A program made the position numbers and the translations under genes. A stretch of DNA of 64,000 bases from positions 62,001 to 126,000 of the forward strand of contig NW_019218247.1 in NCBI RefSeq assembly GCF_002571385.2, given 5' to 3'. Each line of letters opens with the position of its first letter. Position 1 is the first letter of the stretch. This document shows, piece by piece, positions 63,901 through 64,000 of this stretch. A model generated the notes under the pieces. It had not been told where the DNA came from, ran no database searches, and saw only the letters and a program-made list of their open reading frames with translations. Origin of the DNA: Stylophora pistillata (taxonomy: Eukaryota).

Positions 63901-63990
63901 GGGTCGTCATGCCATGGCCATCACCATTGAGGGCAAGCTGTTCTCTTGGGGTGAAGGAGAGGATGGGAAGCTAGGACATGGAAACAAAAT
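32681..63990 (+). CDS. HERC2: E3 ubiquitin-protein ligase HERC2, 5' portion (38 exons, about 3,070 codons; continues beyond the window); in-frame TAG at 63737-63739
   Basis: Exons: 32681-32761, 34979-35790, 36606-36888, 41135-41335, 41508-41662, 42075-42220, 42602-42715, 43007-43178, 43744-44017, 44160-44363, 44991-45216, 45645-46049, 46396-46898, 47977-48013, 48868-48959, 49368-49585, 49871-50127, 50497-50687, 50922-51230, 51827-52000, 52376-52512, 53676-54180, 54272-54458, 54671-54874, 55274-55479, 56039-56192, 56807-57027, 57553-57774, 58053-58263, 58533-58753, 59098-59442, 60057-60347, 60498-60609, 61000-61219, 61685-62021, 62315-62512, 62879-63160, 63674-63990. Diagnostic HERC2 peptides: [82 protein letters not shown]. 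Confidence 0.95.
33438..33530 (+). mobile_element. Solo Penelope pseudo-LTR with hammerhead-like core
   Basis: CCGACGAAGGGCTAACGCTCGAAACGTCAGC...TTGTTGATATATCCAA is the reverse complement of the repeats at 37606-37700 and 37891-37980. Confidence 0.75.
33978..34470. mobile_element. Two inverted copies of the hairpin-terminated element flanking a 21-N gap, nested in a MITE (about 33925-34760)
   Basis: Hairpins at 33978-34093 and 34355-34470, apex GGCGC-TAC-GCGCC; IRs TTATTAAAAAC (34184) / GTTTTTAATAA (34344). Confidence 0.75.
34540..34615. repeat. Compound (TATC)n(TACC)n microsatellite
   Basis: Direct reading. Confidence 0.9.
37157..37540. mobile_element. Old hairpin-terminated element, same family as 44412-44805
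   Basis: CCATGTTGCTGTGTGTCTG...CAGACC..CAGCAATATGG decayed arms; shares TGTTAATGGTG.C.TCAT.TATG and ATAATTCAGC with the 44.4-44.8 kb copy. Confidence 0.55.
37606..38619 (-). mobile_element. Penelope-like retroelement 3' part: GIY-YIG endonuclease ORF plus tandem pseudo-LTRs
   Basis: ORF 37955-38407: [11 protein letters not shown]...[36 protein letters not shown]...VARHF. Direct repeats at 37606-37700 and 37891-37980. Confidence 0.9.
38839..40130 (-). mobile_element. Second, different Penelope-like element (GIY-YIG, decayed) with an oppositely oriented pLTR-like tail
   Basis: ORF 39058-39711: [14 protein letters not shown]...CDRKRCDLC...[27 protein letters not shown]...[19 protein letters not shown]. 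The + strand motif CTGAAGAAGGTC-TCT-GACCAAAAC lies at 40074-40097. Confidence 0.85.
40170..40215 (-). ncRNA. Minimal type I hammerhead ribozyme
   Basis: Minus strand ACTGAA-CTGATGA-GGCC-CAGAA-GGCC-GAA-ACAG-TT-CTGT-C-TGCAGT: intact catalytic core, 4-bp stem II, short stem III, GUC cleavage triplet, stem I with one mismatch. Confidence 0.75.
41135..44363 (+). CDS. HERC2: HERC2 RCC1-like domain 1 (RLD1) exons
   Basis: RCC1 repeats: [64 protein letters not shown]. Confidence 0.93.
44412..44805. mobile_element. Old hairpin-terminated element (apex GGT-GCA-GCC)
   Basis: TGTGGTGAGAAC..GTAGCACTCGAGGTGCAGCCGATTGTGTCAC..ACTCACCACA inverted arms; homologous to 37157-37540. Confidence 0.55.
46780..48959 (+). 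CDS. HERC2: HERC2 cytochrome b5-like domain (includes 37-nt micro-exon 47977-48013)
   Basis: [28 protein letters not shown]|[12 protein letters not shown]|[21 protein letters not shown]. Confidence 0.85.
47018..47509. mobile_element. MITE (ACCCTTT...AAGGGTT ends) with a nested minus-strand SINE-like element (about 47175-47458)
   Basis: CCCTTTCACTCCCAAGA...GGGAATTTAAGGGTTAA termini. Related MITE copies at about 33925-34760, 56349-56540 and 61246-61420. Confidence 0.6.
51541..51649. mobile_element. Small MITE with 20-bp TIRs
   Basis: CAAACCTCGATTATCTGGAC / GTCCAGATAATCGAGGTTTG; related fragment at about 35960-36030. Confidence 0.7.
52740..53586 (+). mobile_element. LINE (CR1/L2-like) 3' fragment with 3' UTR and (TGT)n tail
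   Basis: LPSVTYG..VWGSC...[11 protein letters not shown]...YNLRRK...[10 protein letters not shown] with frameshifts; AATAAA followed by a TGTTGTTGT tail. Confidence 0.75.
54100..54458 (+). CDS. HERC2: HERC2 MIB-HERC2 domain
   Basis: [16 protein letters not shown]|[10 protein letters not shown]...[22 protein letters not shown]. Confidence 0.92.
57060..57430. repeat. Degenerate (TCAG/TCGG)n low-complexity tract
   Basis: Dense imperfect GTCA tetramers. Confidence 0.8.
59098..63160 (+). CDS. HERC2: HERC2 UBA, CPH (Cul7), ZZ zinc finger and DOC/APC10 domains
   Basis: QQLVEMGF (UBA); [21 protein letters not shown]...[11 protein letters not shown] (CPH); [29 protein letters not shown] (ZZ); [17 protein letters not shown]...GIDCKIHG (DOC). 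Confidence 0.92.
63674..63990 (+). CDS. HERC2: HERC2 RLD2 exon carrying an in-frame TAG
   Basis: [47 protein letters not shown]...[15 protein letters not shown]; acceptor at 63672-63673, donor at 63991. Confidence 0.9.
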
Positions 63991-64000
63991 GTAAGATGCC

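Overview
Eukaryotic, intron-rich (GT-AG) animal DNA, probably anthozoan/stony coral (inferred from the repeat families), with three assembly gaps (32116-32248, 34158-34178, 38620-38838). It holds two long tandem + strand genes that I spliced by hand. (1) A secreted SVEP1/polydom-like matrix protein, 35 coding exons, 2380-30754, about 2,400 aa: vWA, EGF, ephrin-receptor-like, 3 sushi, 2 HYR, sushi, 3 ephrin-like, EGFs, pentraxin, WxxW/CysD, EGF, sushi, 3 cbEGF, 6 sushi, 2 CUB. (2) The 5' part of HERC2, 38 exons from 32681 to the window end: RLD1, cyt-b5-like, MIB-HERC2, UBA, CPH, ZZ, DOC and the start of RLD2. Each gene has one in-frame stop in an otherwise intact exon (TGA 21962; TAG 63737). 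Introns contain Penelope-like GIY-YIG fragments with hammerhead ribozyme cores, LINE ends, tRNA-derived SINEs and MITEs. Most striking is a set of largely sequence-dissimilar elements that share one asymmetric design (short inverted repeat, CCAAT, body, inverted repeat, then a 115-185 bp hairpin capped by a GNA/GNNA loop). One of them carries a truncated Crypton-type (tyrosine-recombinase transposon) ORF.
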